Notes under the pieces: generated by a model
Seen by the model: the letters and a program-made list of their open reading frames with translations, nothing else
Told to the model about the DNA's origin: nothing
Databases searched by the model: none
Program-made: the position numbers and the translations under genes
Part shown: positions 26,105 through 40,500 of the stretch, in pieces
How the letters are laid out: each line of letters opens with the position of its first letter
Position numbering within the stretch: the first letter of the stretch is position 1
From: Styela clava
Taxonomy: Eukaryota
Direction: 5' to 3'
Assembly (NCBI RefSeq): GCF_964204865.1
Contig: NC_135261.1
Coordinates: forward strand, 10,788,001-10,852,000
DNA: 64,000 nucleotides

Positions 26105-28022
26105 AACTAAAACATTCAAAAAACTTGACCCAAAATTTTGTGAAAATTACCATGAATGTAAATTTTTTGCAATGATTTAATTGTGCTAATAGTTATGTTT
26201 GATCAATTGTAAATAACATTATGATGAAGTGCGGTAACAATTTTGAAATAGATAACTAAATTGAGAAATGTTGAATTTTTTTATCTTTCAATTTTATAAT
26301 GGTATGGGTTTAGTTGAGCGTCATGACAAGCACTTATTCATAGAAAAAACGTTAGGAAACCTCAATTTAAAAAAAGCAGTGAATAAATTACACCTAGCCT
26401 GTGTAAATACGGGCGGGAGACAGTGCTTAATCAGTTCAACTCCTGCTACACATTCTCATCATTAGTCATTCTCATCATTGTCTCAGTTATCGTCATCAAA
26501 AATGAAAGCTCACGCTCTTTAGCAAATTCAAAAATATCATTCTCGAGTAGAGTCACGCAAACGTGGCCTAATTATTCTGCTAGCATACCTAGAAGGTTGT
26601 ATGCACAAGGGGCGCGCAGATGGCTAGTTTTTGTAAAAAGCATACATTACCTAAATTACATGATCCGTATTATCTTAGAAATTTTCGAATGCAGTAGGAA
26701 AAATATTTTTTTGTTTCGGTCAGCAGCGTGATTTTTCCGTGTCTCTTGAATTAAGTATTTCCTTAACTATAAGTCCTTACGAGTACGTCCTTATATGAAT
26801 GACTTGGAATACACTCATGTATTGGCTAAGTTTGTTTTCGTGTTGTGGTTTTAGTAGCACATAGGTGTGCGGAATTGTACATACATTGTAGTGTCGGCAC
26901 AATTTTAGATTGTAACACATGTCCTGAGAGTAATATATGCGTAATTGAATGCACTAAAGTTTTTGGCGGCTTTGCTTTTAAAAATAAGATTGAAATAGGT
27001 ATTTAGAAAATTGATACTAATATTGCGCAAAATTAACTTGCTGTAAATATATCAACATTAGCACAGTTAAAAAGTTCTACAGTATCGAGATTTAATGTCC
27101 ATGCAATTCGGCAAAGATTTATCAAATTTGAAAAAAAAAATTCGTTGTTATTTTTAAGACTCATAGTCAATAGTCAATTTTATTTTATATAGTGACGTAC
27201 TCGGTACGAACTTGGAGTAACTCATGCTGTTCAATGTTTGTCATAACCTCGCTTTATTTTTCCATGAAGTTTTCTTGAATATGATTGTTCTGAATTTTGC
27301 ACTATACGACGTCTCATGAACTGTATCAAACCTGTCAGATTAATATTACTAAATTTTATATACTTTCCATGTATTTTTCTCTCAAGTTCTGGCCCAGGAA
27401 GAAATTATGCAATGAGACAATAAATCCTGAACAGGCCCCGAGTAGTGCTATGTAACATCTTGCGTAACGTGAGAAGAGAGTTTAAACAATAGATTCAGCG
27501 GTGTCTAGGATAAGTTATATCCGGACATCAGTCATATGCTGTCGATGTTAAGGCAAAATGCGGAAGGCAGTTCGTGATGCGTGCAAGATGGGTAAATATT
27601 TAAGTGCATATTGTCCAGGCATTACGAACTTTGCTAACTTTATAATTCTTAATACGGTATAGAATAGAACTTTACAATACGTATCATGTCGCTGTGCCCC
27701 AGCATTTTCTAAAGACTTGGATAGAAAGGCTGTAAGATAGCTGTAAAAATACGGTTTGAAAATGCACAATTCAAGAATTGAGATTAGAAGGAATGTTCAA
27801 GCAATGAAGATAATTTAATAGAAACTCTCACTCATGGCAATCAGTAGAATGAATCGTTTTTTTCTGACAAAGTTAACAAATTAGGTGAAATAGATGAGAT
27901 AAAAGTACTTTTAAATTATATTTTTTATAAAATATGTTTAGGAGAAAAATAAAAACACTTATTTTAAATTTAAATTTATTTAAGTTAACCTTAAAAATAT
28001 CAGAAAATAGTATCATATCACC

Positions 28023-31000
28023 ATGAGCATACAATTTATTACATTAGTATGGTTTGTTTCTCTGTCGTGCATTGTAGAATGTGGTGACCCTATGGGACAT
28101 CTTCAATCCCTTGGCTCCCATATGCCTCCGATTAAAATAGATGTGATCCATACTCCACCCAGTCCACAAGAATTTTTTGATAAATACATTAAAGTTAATA
28201 AACCGGTCGTCATCAAAGGAGCTGCAAAAGTTTTAAGCAATTTCAAAACTTGGAGAGATGATGATTACTTGAGGTAAGATGTTTATTTTACTAAGAGAAA
28301 ATGCTATTGTCATATTATTATTATTGACCTACCCTTAATAATTAGGAATTCGCATATTTCTGTGTGCAAGCTTGGATCCCGAACGGCTGTCGTTACAATT
28401 CACGGCTTGGGGAGAAATTCTTGAAATTAGAATCGAAAATTATGCTTTTCAATTTCAAATGCCTTTTTTACTTTTCATTTGCAATATTGTCGTCATAAAA
28501 TCACAAAAAAAAAGTTTTTCTCATGTTATATCATACATTTTGCTCATTTAAAATGTTCAAATCATTTGAAATAATGTGTTGCAAAATTAATAGTCAACTT
28601 TGCACGAAGCTGCTTCGGAGTTTAATCATTAGATTTTAAGCAAATGTTGCAGAGCGCGCTGATTGGTAGTGGTTTATATTTTAAAACCAAGTGGTCGCAA
28701 ATTTGGCCGACATCATCGACTACATACGGAGGCATACGGAGCTTAAAAGATTATCACAGTGGTGCAGGAAAATTTAAATAAAATAATCATATGAGCATTA
28801 TATAACATAAGGAATTATTATCTCATTTTAATTATAACTTAATTTGTTTTAAAAATTTCTACACCACAGTGAAAAGTACGGTAAATGGATAGCTCCAACA
28901 GACCTCGGAAAATTTGAGGCTCAAATATACGGAAAAATTTTTGAAATGAAATTTGCACGTTTTCTAAGAAGCTATAAAAAGCGAGAACTCTGTATAATTC
29001 GGGACATTCTGCCCGAGAACCCAATGAGAGGTAATTATTTACTACTTTCTGTTATAAATTTTGTACTCGTAAACTAAGTAAACTACCATCCGGTCACCTA
29101 CAAATATTTGTCATATATTCCACTAAAATATAATACGTACTCTTTTTAGACGAACTATCTTTTATAAAATCTATGTCGTGCGGTGGATACCAAGAACGGA
29201 TTTCGAAGGTGATATTCCTATTTTCATCTGGTTCTGCTCAATCAGCACTACATTGGGATATGCAAGAAAATATGCATTGTTTGCTTGATGGTACGAAGAA
29301 TTGGACAATTATTCACAGGGTAAATAATATTGTTCCTTGTATAATAAGTGAGATAGGTATTATAAATTATAGGCTTATTGAATTACGTATTTGCCACCAA
29401 AACTAATTTATTGTTTGACAAATTGACTGGATAATCATATTCGTAGAGGCAGCAGTCTAGTAACAGCTATTGATACTAACAGACGCATTTTCATGCAACT
29501 CCTGTCCTCCATGAATGCGATGGCTTCAGTGTAGTTTTCAGCGATTTAAATTGTTTATTGCCTTTTGTATTGTATTTCAAACGACGAATTCAGTAAGACA
29601 TTTGCAGCTGGCTTTTTCCCCGACTACTTCACGACTAGTTTAATCTTCTCCGCGGGCCACACTATTTTTCCAGGTGGGTCGCATTTGGTCGCAAATTCAA
29701 AATTTTAAATCATTCCTAACCTCAGATGTGTATCAACTAATTTGTTATTTCAAACGTGGTGGGGTGTCTCCCTCAAATCTCACATTTTTGCATTAGTGTC
29801 GGGGGATTCGTACGAAAGATACGCAACTTAGACAAGTGCCTGAGCCTGTGTCATGCATATATACTTATACACCAATTCGTTGGCTATTGTAGAGTTCGAA
29901 TTCGAATAAGTGTATGGAATTTACCTTAACAGAAAGATCGACACATACTCCCAAAGTCGGATCATTCGCCAGTGTATTCTGGAATTGATCCAAGAAGTGT
30001 TGACATGTACAAATATCCCGTAATGCAAGATATGCCTTGGTATCAAGCTCTTATTGAAGCAGGAGATTGTTTGTTTGTTCCGAATAAGTAAGAAAAGTTT
30101 GTCATATATTAATTTTAATATACAAAATATCTATACTGTGCGCATATAACTAAATATATTATTTTAATAAGCGCACCGCACTACGTGAAATCAGGAGATT
30201 CGAGGAATATGGCCTTTTCTATCTGGTTCGATGCCCCGAGATCGCTCAATCTAACAGACTGTCCGGAAAATGAAGCAGATTTACCTGACTCAGTGCCAAT
30301 TGGCCAAAGCGTAATATCAGACTTGGAAAGTGTAAAGTATGCCATAATACGATATTTCAATAAAACATTATTATTCTGATTATAAAGTAGTTGCTTATAT
30401 GCAATATTATAATGCAATTTTGTGGAACCTCATTACTACTGTCTGGCGAAAGTCACGGATCACTCTGAGAAGGCTTTTTTGGACGGAACCATACGCTTAA
30501 TGAAAGCATTGTTTGTTCGACGGCAATGAAAGTAAGCACGCTCCTCAGTGAATATGATAAAGTATCCGCGTAGCAAAAGTGGTTGATCCCCGATATATAA
30601 CAGCATCTTTTGAAGCAAACTTCATGTTACATATTAGGAAATGTTCAGAAAATTTACTACTTTTTTCCGCATTTACCAAAATGTTCGTTTTGTATTGAAA
30701 TTGCAAATTATTAGGAAATATTAAAAGGGAATTGTAATAGAAGAAAAATATAATTCATTGGAATTTATTTACACTTTTAAACTCTTTTGTCTTTACGTTT
30801 ACCGTATTTGAATAATCGCAATAATTTTTGATCAGTCAGAAAAAGAAATTAACTTCTAGAAACCCGAATTCGGGCTGATTTCATGGCATAGGCACCAAAC
30901 ATTATATCTTATAACAAAGTTCAGTGAAATAATTGACTGGTATTGTTTATTGTAATCAAGGGCATTTATGTATACAATGATTGATGATCGCACTGATAGA

Positions 31001-31868
31001 CTGTCTGTCATCAAATTTATCAAAATGGTTCACGCGTTTGGTGTGGACGAGGAGACTTCGTCGGATCTTCGTGACGTACTCGATAAGGATAAAGACGGTG
31101 AGTTAGTGTTAAACTACAAGTGATATTGTATTTCAGAGCACTGACTAATAGTTATTTATTTAAAAATAAATACTGTCTTGTATTCATCATACTGTTTTAT
31201 TTTAATGAGCATTCGCAACATCGCGGTATTATAAAAAACAACGTCACATCTCACAAATCTAATACCAACGATGAAAATGGATCTGGATTGTGCTATCATA
31301 AGCATATAAATGGAAAAAGTATAGTGTCAATGAATGATAAAGAAACGACCCTGTTAATTAAATTCCTTTCAAAATAGTTTTCGAGCTTGTTTAACTTTGA
31401 ACTGAACAGCGTGGTTCTTTGTATCTAATATATCATACTATCGTGTTATTTCAATTAGATACTATTCCTTGATAAGTTTTTTTATATGCCCTGATAAAGT
31501 TTTTCTGTATAGAAATGTAGAACGTCGCGAATTACATTGCTTTTCAAACATCGTCTGTGCTCCATATATCTTCAAAGTGTCGTGCATATAGAGTATGCGA
31601 GATTCCAAATGTGATAAATAAACTGAAGTGGCGTTACTGATTCCTAAATATTTTTCAAGTTTTTATTTCCTTCCATACTGAACATTCAGGCAGCATATTT
31701 TCACAAAATTACACGTCTTTATATCGTGCAGGTTTTATTACCGAAGAAGAGATCGAAGCTATAACAGATGTCACCGATGAGATGTGGTCGGGATTTTTAA
31801 ATGAGGCAGATGAATACAAAGAGGTAGAAGACTTCAGGAAAAGTAAAAAAGAAAAAGAGGAACTATAG
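28023..31868 (+). CDS. J2: JmjC-EF-hand-KEEL paralogue, intact
   Basis: Exons 28023-28273, 28870-29030, 29150-29319, 29933-30087, 30172-30336, 30961-31097 and 31732-31868, the same lengths as in J1. HWD...H intact; ends KKEKEEL*. Confidence 0.9.
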
Positions 31869-33410
31869 AACTATAACATTCAAAAACCTTGACCTTAGAT
31901 TTTGTGAAAATTACCATGAATGTAAATTTTTTGCAATGATTTAATTGTGCTAATAGTTATGTTTGATCAATTGTAAATAATATTGTGGTGAAGAGCGGTA
32001 ACAATTTTAAAATATATAACTGAATTGAAAAATGTTGAATTTTTTATCTTTTAATTTTGTAATGGCATGGGTTTAGTTGAGCGTCACGACAAGCACTTAT
32101 TCATAGAAAAAACGTTAGGAAAACTTAATTTCGAAAAAGCAGTGAATGAATTACACCTAGCCTGTGTAAATACGGGCGGGAGACAGTGCTTAATCAGCTC
32201 AACTCCTGCTACACATGTTTGATTAACCACAAACATTCTTAATCATACTCATCGTTGTCTCAGTTATCGTCATCAAAAATGAAAGCCTACGCACTTTAGC
32301 AAATTCAGAAATATCATTCTCGAGTAGAGTCACGCAAACGTGACTTAATTATTCTGCTAGCATACCTAGAAGGTTGATTGAAATAGGTATTTAGGAAACT
32401 GATACTAATTTTGAGCAAAATTAACTTGCTGTAAATATATCAACATTAGCACAGCTGAAAAGTTCTACAGTATCGAGATTTAATGTCCATGCAATTCGGC
32501 AAAGATTTATCAAATTTGAAAAAAAAAAATTCGTTGGTATTTTTAAGACTCATAGTCAATAGTCAATTTTATTTTATATGGTGACGTACTCGGTACAAAC
32601 TTGGAGTAACTCATGCTGTTCAATGTTTATAATAACCTCGCTTTATTTTTCCATGAGGTTTTCTTGAATATGATTGTTCTGAATTTTGCACTATACGACG
32701 TCTTATGAACTGTGTCAAACCTGTTAGATTAATATCACTAAATTGTATATACTTTCCATGTATTTTTCTCTCAAGTTCTGGCCCAGGAAGAAATTATGCA
32801 ATGAGACAATAAATCCTCAACAGGCCCCGAGTAGTGCTATGTAACATCTTGCGTAACGTGAGAAGTGAGTTTAAACAATAGATTCAGCGGTGTCTAGGAT
32901 AAGTTATATCCGGACATCAGTCATATGCTGTCGATGTTAAGGCAAAATGCGGAAGGCAGTTCGTGATGCGTGCAAGATGGGTAAATATTTAAGTGCATAT
33001 TGTCCAGGCATTACGAACTTTGCTAACTTTATAATTCTTAATACGGTATAGAATAGAACTTAACAATACGTATCATGTCGCTGTGCCCAAGCATTTTCTA
33101 AAGACTTGGATAGAAAGGCTGTAAGATAGCTGTAAAAATATGGTTTGAAAATGCACGATTCAAGTATTGAGATTAGAAGGAATGTTCAAGCAATGAAGAT
33201 AATTTAATAGAAACTCTCACTCATGGCAATCAGTAGAATGAATCGTTATTTCTAACAAAGATAACAAATTAGGTGAAATGGATGAGATATAAGTACTTAT
33301 AAATTATATTTTTTATAAAATATGTTTATGAGAAAAATAAAAACACTTATTTTAAATTTAGATTTATTTAAGTGAACCTTAAAAATATCAGAAAATAGTA
33401 GCATATCACC

Positions 33411-36038
33411 ATGAGCATAGAATTTGTTACATTAGTATGGTTTGTTTCTCTGTCGTGCATTGTAGAATGTGGTGACCCTATGGGACATCTTCAATCCCTT
33501 GGCTCCCATATGCCTCCGATTAAAATAGATGTGATCCATACTCCACCCAGTCCACAAGAATTTTTTGATAAATACATTAAAGTTAATAAACCGGTCGTCA
33601 TCAAAGGAGCTGCAAAAGTTTTGAGCAATTTCAAACTTGGAGAGATGATGATTACTTGAGGTAAGATGTTTATTTTACTAAGAGAAAATGCTATTGTCAT
33701 ATTATTATTATTGACCTACCCTTAATAATTATGAATTCGCATATTTCTGTGTGCAAGCTTGGATCCCGAACGGCTGCCTCTACGAATATGATTATCCAGT
33801 CAATTTGTCTAGTAACAGCTATTGATACTAACAGACGCCTTTTTCATGCAACTCCTGTCCTCCATGAATGCGATGGCTTCAGTGTAGTTTTCAGCGATTT
33901 AAATTGTTTATTGCCATTTGTATTGCATTTCAAACGACGAATTCAGTAAGAAATTTGCAGCTGGCGTTTTTCCCGACTACTTCACGACTAGTTTGATCTT
34001 CTCCGCGGGCCACACTATTTTTCCAGGTGGGTCGCATTTGGTCGCAAATTCAAAATTTTAAATCATTCCTAACCTCAGATGTGTATCAACTAATTTGTTA
34101 TTTCAAACGTGGCGGAGTGTCTCCCTCAAATCTCACATTTTTGCATTAGTGTCGGGGGATTCGTACGAAAGATACGCAACTTAGACAAGTGCCTGAGCCA
34201 GTGTCAGGCATATATACTTATACACCAATTCGTTGGCTATTGTAGAGTTCGAATTCGAATAAGTGTATGGAATTTACCTTAACAGAAAGATCGACACATA
34301 CTCCCAAAGTCGGATCATTCGCCAGTGTATTCTGGAATTGATCCAAGATGTGTTGACATGTACTAATATTCCGTAATGCAAGATATGCCTTGGTATCAAG
34401 CTCTCATTGAAGCAGGAAATTGTTTGTTTGTTCCGAATAAGTAAGAAAAGTTTGTCATATATTAATTTTAATATACAAAATATCTATACTGTGCGCATAT
34501 AACTAAATATATCTTTTTAATAAGCGCACCGCACTACGGGGAATTGGGAGATTCGAGGAATATGGCCTTTTCTATCTGGTTCGATGCCCCGAGATCGCTC
34601 AATCTAACAGACTGTCCGGAAAATGAAGCAGATTTACCTGACTCAGTGCCCATTGGCCAAAGCGTAATATCAGACTTGGAAAGTGTAAAGTATGCCATAA
34701 TACGATATTTCAATAAAACATTATTATTCTGATCATAAAGTAGTTGCTTATATGCAATATTATAATGCAATTTTGTGGAACCTCATTAACACTGTCTGGC
34801 GAAAGTCACGGATTACTCTGAGAAGGCCTTTTTGGACGGAACCATACGCTTAATGAAAGCATTGTTTGTTCGACGGCAATGAAAGTAAGCACGCTCCTCA
34901 GTGAATATGTTAAAGTATCCGCGTAGCAAAAGATACCCCGATATATAACAGCATCTTTACCGTACCGTTTACCGTATTTGAATAATCGCAATAATTTTTG
35001 ATCAGTCAGAAGAAGAAATTTACCTTCTAGAAACCCAAATTCGGGCTGATTTCATGGCATTAGCACCCAATATTATATCTTATAAAAAGTTCAGTAAAAT
35101 AATTGACTGGTCTTGTTTATTGTAATTAAGGGCATTTATGTATACAATGATTGATGATCGCACTGATAGACTGTCCGTCATCAAATTTACCAATATGGTT
35201 CACGCGTTTGGTGTGGACGAAGAGACTTCGTCGGATCTTCGTGACGTACTCGATAAGGATAAAAACGGTGAGTTAGTGTTGAACTACATGTTATATTGTA
35301 TTTCAGAGCACTGACTAATATTTATTTATTTAAAAATAAATACTGTCTTGTATTCATCATACTGCTTTATTTTAATGAGCATTCGCAACATCGCGGCATT
35401 ATAAAAAACAACGTCACATCTCACAAATCTAATACCAACGATGAAAATGGATCTGGATTGTGCTATCATAAGCATATAAATGGAAAAAGTATAGTGTCAA
35501 TGAATGATAAAGAAACGACCCTGTTAATTAAATTCCTTTCAAAATAGTTCTCGAGCTTGTTTAACTTTGAACTGAACAGCGTGGTTCTTTGTATCTAATA
35601 TATCATACTATCGTGTTATTTCAATTAGATACTACTCCTTGATAAGTTTTGTTATATGCCCCGATAAAGTTTTTCTGTATAGAAATGTAGAACGTCATGA
35701 ATTACATTGCTTTACAAACATCGTCTGTGCTTCATATATCCTCAAAGTGTCGTGCATATTGAGTCTGCGAGATTCCAAATGTGATAAATAAACTGAAGTG
35801 GCATTACTGATTCCTAAATATTTTTCAAGTTTTTATTTCCTTCCATACTCAACATTCAGGCAGCATATTTTCATAAAATTACACGTCTTTATATCGTGCA
35901 GGTTTTATTACCGAAGAAGAGATCGAAGCTATAACAGATGTCACCGATGAGATGTGGTTGGGATTTTTAAATGAGGCAGATGAATACAAAGAGGTAGATG
36001 ACTTCAGGAAAAGTAAAAAAGAAAAAGAGGAACTATAG
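33411..36038 (+). pseudogene. J3: pseudogene
   Basis: 1-bp deletion in exon 1 (ttcaaacttgg at ~33633), exons 2-3 deleted (junction 33773-33809), and a premature TAA in exon 4 (34364-34366). Confidence 0.92.
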
Positions 36039-37579
36039 AATTAAAACATTCAAAAACCTTGACCTTAGATTTTGTGAAAATTACCATGAATGTAAATTTT
36101 TTGCAATGATTTAATTGTGCTAATAGTTATGTTTGATCAATTGTAAATAATATTGTGATGAAGAGCGGTAACAATTTTAAAATATATAACTGAATTGAGA
36201 AATGTTGAATTTTTTATCTTTTAATTTTGTAATGGCATGGATTTAGTTGAGCGTCACGACAAGCACTTATTCATAGAAAAAACGTTAGGAAAACTTAATT
36301 TCGAAAAAGCAGTGAAAGAATTACACCTAGCCTGTGTAAATACGGGCGGGAGACAGTGCTTAATCAGCTCAACTCCTGCTACACATGTTTGATTAACCAC
36401 AAACATTCTTAATCATACTCATCGTTGTCTCAGTTATCGTCATCAAAAATGAAAGCCTACGCACTTTAGCAAATTCAGAAATATCATTCTCGAGTAGAGT
36501 CACGCAAACGTGACTTAATTATTCTGCTAGCATACCTAGAAGGTTGATTGAAATAGGTATTTAGGAAACTGATACTAATTTTGAGCAAAATTAACTTGCT
36601 GTAAATATATCAACATTAGCACAGCTGAAAAGTTCTACAGTATCGAGATTTAATGTCCATGCAATTCGGCAAAGATTTATCAAATTTGAAAAAAAAAAAT
36701 TCGTTGGTATTTTTAAGACTCATAGTCAATAGTCAATTTTATTTTATATGGTGACGTACTCGGTACAAACTTGGAGTAACTCATGCTGTTCAATGTTTAT
36801 AATAACCTCGCTTTATTTTTCCATGAGGTTTTCTTGAATATGATTGTTCTGAATTTTGCACTATACGACGTCTTATGAACTGTGTCAAACCTGTTAGATA
36901 AATATCACTAAATTGTATATACTTTCCATGTATTTTTCTCTCAAGTTCTGGCCCAGGAAGAAATTATGCAATGAGACAATAAATCCTCAACAGGCCACGA
37001 GTAGTGCTATGTAACATCTTGCGTAACGTGAGAAGAGAGTTTAAACAATAGATTCAGCGGTGTCTAGGATAAGTTATATCCGGACATCAGTCATATGCTG
37101 TCGATGTTAAGGCAAAATTCGGAAGGCAGTTCGTGATGCGTGCAAGATGGGTAAATATTTAAGTGCATATTGTTCAGGCATTACGAACTTTGCTAACTTT
37201 ATAATTCTTAATACGGTATAGAATAGAACTTTAGAATACGTATCATGTCGCTGTGCCCCAGCATTTTCTAAAGACTTGGATAGAAAGGCTGTAAGATAGC
37301 TGTAAAATATGGTTTGAAAATGCACGATTCAAGTATTGAGATTAGAAGGAATGTTCAAGCAATGAAGATAATTTAATAGAAACTCTCACTCATGGCAATC
37401 AGTAGAATGAATCGTTATTTCTAACAAAGGTAACAAATTAGGTGATATAGATGAGATATAAGTACTTATAAATTATATTTTTTATAAAATATGTTTATGA
37501 GAAAAATAAAAACACTTATTTTAAATTTAGATTTATTTAAGTGAACCTTAAAAAAATCAGAAAATAGTATCATATCACC

Positions 37580-40500
37580 ATGAGCATAGAATTTATTACA
37601 TTAGTATGGTTTGTTTCTCTGTCGTGCATTGTAGAATGTGGTGACCCTATGGGACATCTTCAATCCCTTGGCTCCCATATGCCTCCGATTAAAATAGATG
37701 TGATCCATACTCCACCCAGTCCACAAGAATTTTTTGATAAATACATTAAAGTTAATAAACCGGTCGTCATCAAAGGAGCTGCAAAAGTTTTTAACAATTT
37801 CAAACTTGGAGAGATGATGATTACTTGAGGTAAGATGTTTATTTTACTAAGAGAAAATGCTATTGTCATATTATTATTATTGACCTACCCTCAATAATTA
37901 TGAATTCGCATATTTCTGTGTGCAAGCTTGGATCCCGAACGGCTGTAGTTACAATTCACGGCTTGGGGAGAAATTCTTGAAATTAGAATCGAAAATTATG
38001 CTTTTCAATTTCAAATGTCTTTTTTATATTTCATTTGCAATATTGTTGTCATAAAATCACCAAAAAAAAAAGTTTTTCTCATGTTATATCATACATTTTG
38101 CTAATTTAAAATGTTCAAATCATTTGAAATAATGTGTTGCAAAATTAATAGTCAACTTTGCACGAAGCTGCTTCGGAGTTTAATCTTTAGATTTTAAGCA
38201 AATGTTGCAGAGCGCGCTGATTGGTAGTGGTTTATATTTTAAAACCAAGTGGTCGCAAATTTGGCCGACATCATCGACTACATACGGAGGCATACGGAGC
38301 TTAAAAGATTATCACAGTGGTGCAGGAAAATTAAAAAAAAATAATCATATGAGCATTATATAACATAAGGAATTATTATTTCATTTTAATTATAACTTAA
38401 TTTGTTTTAACAATTTCTACATCACAGTGAAAAGTACGGTAAATGGATAGCTCCAACAGAACTCGGAAAATTTGAGGCTCAAATATACGGAAAAATATTT
38501 GAAATGAAATTTGCACGTTTTATAAGAAGCTATAAAAAGCTAGAACTCTGTATAATTCGGGACATTCTGCCCGAGAACCCAATGAGAGGTAATTATTTAC
38601 TACTTTCTGTTATAAATTTTGTACTCATAAACTAAGTAAAATACTATCCGGTCACCTACAAATATTTGTAATATATTCCACTAAAATATAATACGTACTC
38701 TTTTTAGACGAACTATCTTTTATAAAATCTATGTCGTGCGGTGGATACCAAGAACGGATTTCGAAGGTGATATTCCTATTTTCATCTGGTTCTGCTCAAT
38801 CAGCACTACATTGGGATATGCAAGAAAATATGCATTGTTTGCTTGATGGTACGAAGAATTGGACAATTATTCACAAGGTAAATAATATTGTTCCTTGTAT
38901 AATAAGTGAGAGAGGTATTATAAATTTTGAGCTTATTGAATTACGTATTTGCCACCAAAACTAATTTATTGTTTGACAAATTGACTGGATAATCATATTC
39001 GTAGAGGCAGCAGTCTAGTAACCGCATTTTTCATGCAACTCCTGTCCTCCATGAATGCGATGGCTTCAGTGTAGTTTTCAGCGATTTAAATTGTTTATTG
39101 CCTTTTGTATTGCATTTCAAATGACGGATTCAGTAAGAAATTTGCAGCTGGCTTTTTCCCCGACTACTTCACGACTAGTTTGATCTTCTCCGCGGGCCAC
39201 ACTATTTTTCCAGGTGGGTCGCATTTGGTCGCAAATTCAAAATTTTAAATCATTCCTAACCTCAGATGTGTATCAACTAATTTGTTATTTCAAACGTGGT
39301 GGGGTGTCTCCCTCAAATCTCACATTTTTGCATTAGTGTCGGCCGTCGGGGGATTCGTACGAAAGATACGCAACTTAGACAAGTGCCTGAGCCAGTGTCA
39401 GGCATATATACTTATACACCAATTCGTTGGCTATTGTAGAGTTCGAATTCGAATAAGTGTATGGAATTTACCTTAACAGATAGATCGACACATACTCCCA
39501 AAGTCGGATCATTCGCCGGTGTATTCTGGAATTGATCCAAGAAGTGTTGACATGTACAAATATCCCGTAATGCAAGATATGCCTTGGTATCAAGCTCTCA
39601 TTGAAGCAGGAGATTGTTTGTTTGTTCCGAATAAGTAAGAAAAGTTTGTCATATATTAATTTTATTATACAAAATATCTATACTGTGCGCATATAACTAA
39701 ATATATATTTTTAATAAGCGCACCGCACTACGTGAAATCGGGAGATTCGAGGAATATGGCCTTTTCTATCTGGTTCGATGCCCCGAGATCGCTCAATCTA
39801 ACAGACTGTCCGGAAAATGAAGCAGATTTACCTGACTCAGTGCCAATTGGCCAAAGCGTAATATCAGACTTGGAAAGTGTAAAGTATGCCATAATACGAT
39901 ATTTCAATAAAAATTATTATTCTGATTATAAAGTAGTTGCTTATATGCAATATTATAATGCAATTTTGTGGAACCTCATTACTACTGTCTGGCGAAAGTC
40001 ACGGATTACTCTGAGAAGGCTTTTTTGGACGGAACCATACGCTTAATTAAAGCATTGTTTGTTCGACGGCAATGAAAGTAAGCACGCTCCTCAGTGAATA
40101 TGTTAAAGTATCCGCGTAGCAAAAGTGGTTGATCCCCGATATATAACAGCATCTTTTGAAGCAAACTTCATGTTACATATTAGGAAATGTTCAGAAAATT
40201 TACTACTTTTTTCCGCATTTACCAAAATGTTCGTTTTGTATTGAAATTGCAAATTATTAGGAAATATTAAAATGGAATTGTAATAAAAGAAAAATATAAT
40301 TCATTAGAATTCATTTACACTTTTAAACTCTTTTGTCTTTACGTTTACCGTATTTGAATAATCGCAATAATTTTTGATCGGTCAGAAGAAGAAATTTACC
40401 TTCTAGAAACCCAAATTCGGGCTGATTTCATGGCATTAGCACCCAATATTATATTTATAAAAAGTTCATTAAAAAAATTGACTGGTCTTGTTTATTGTAA

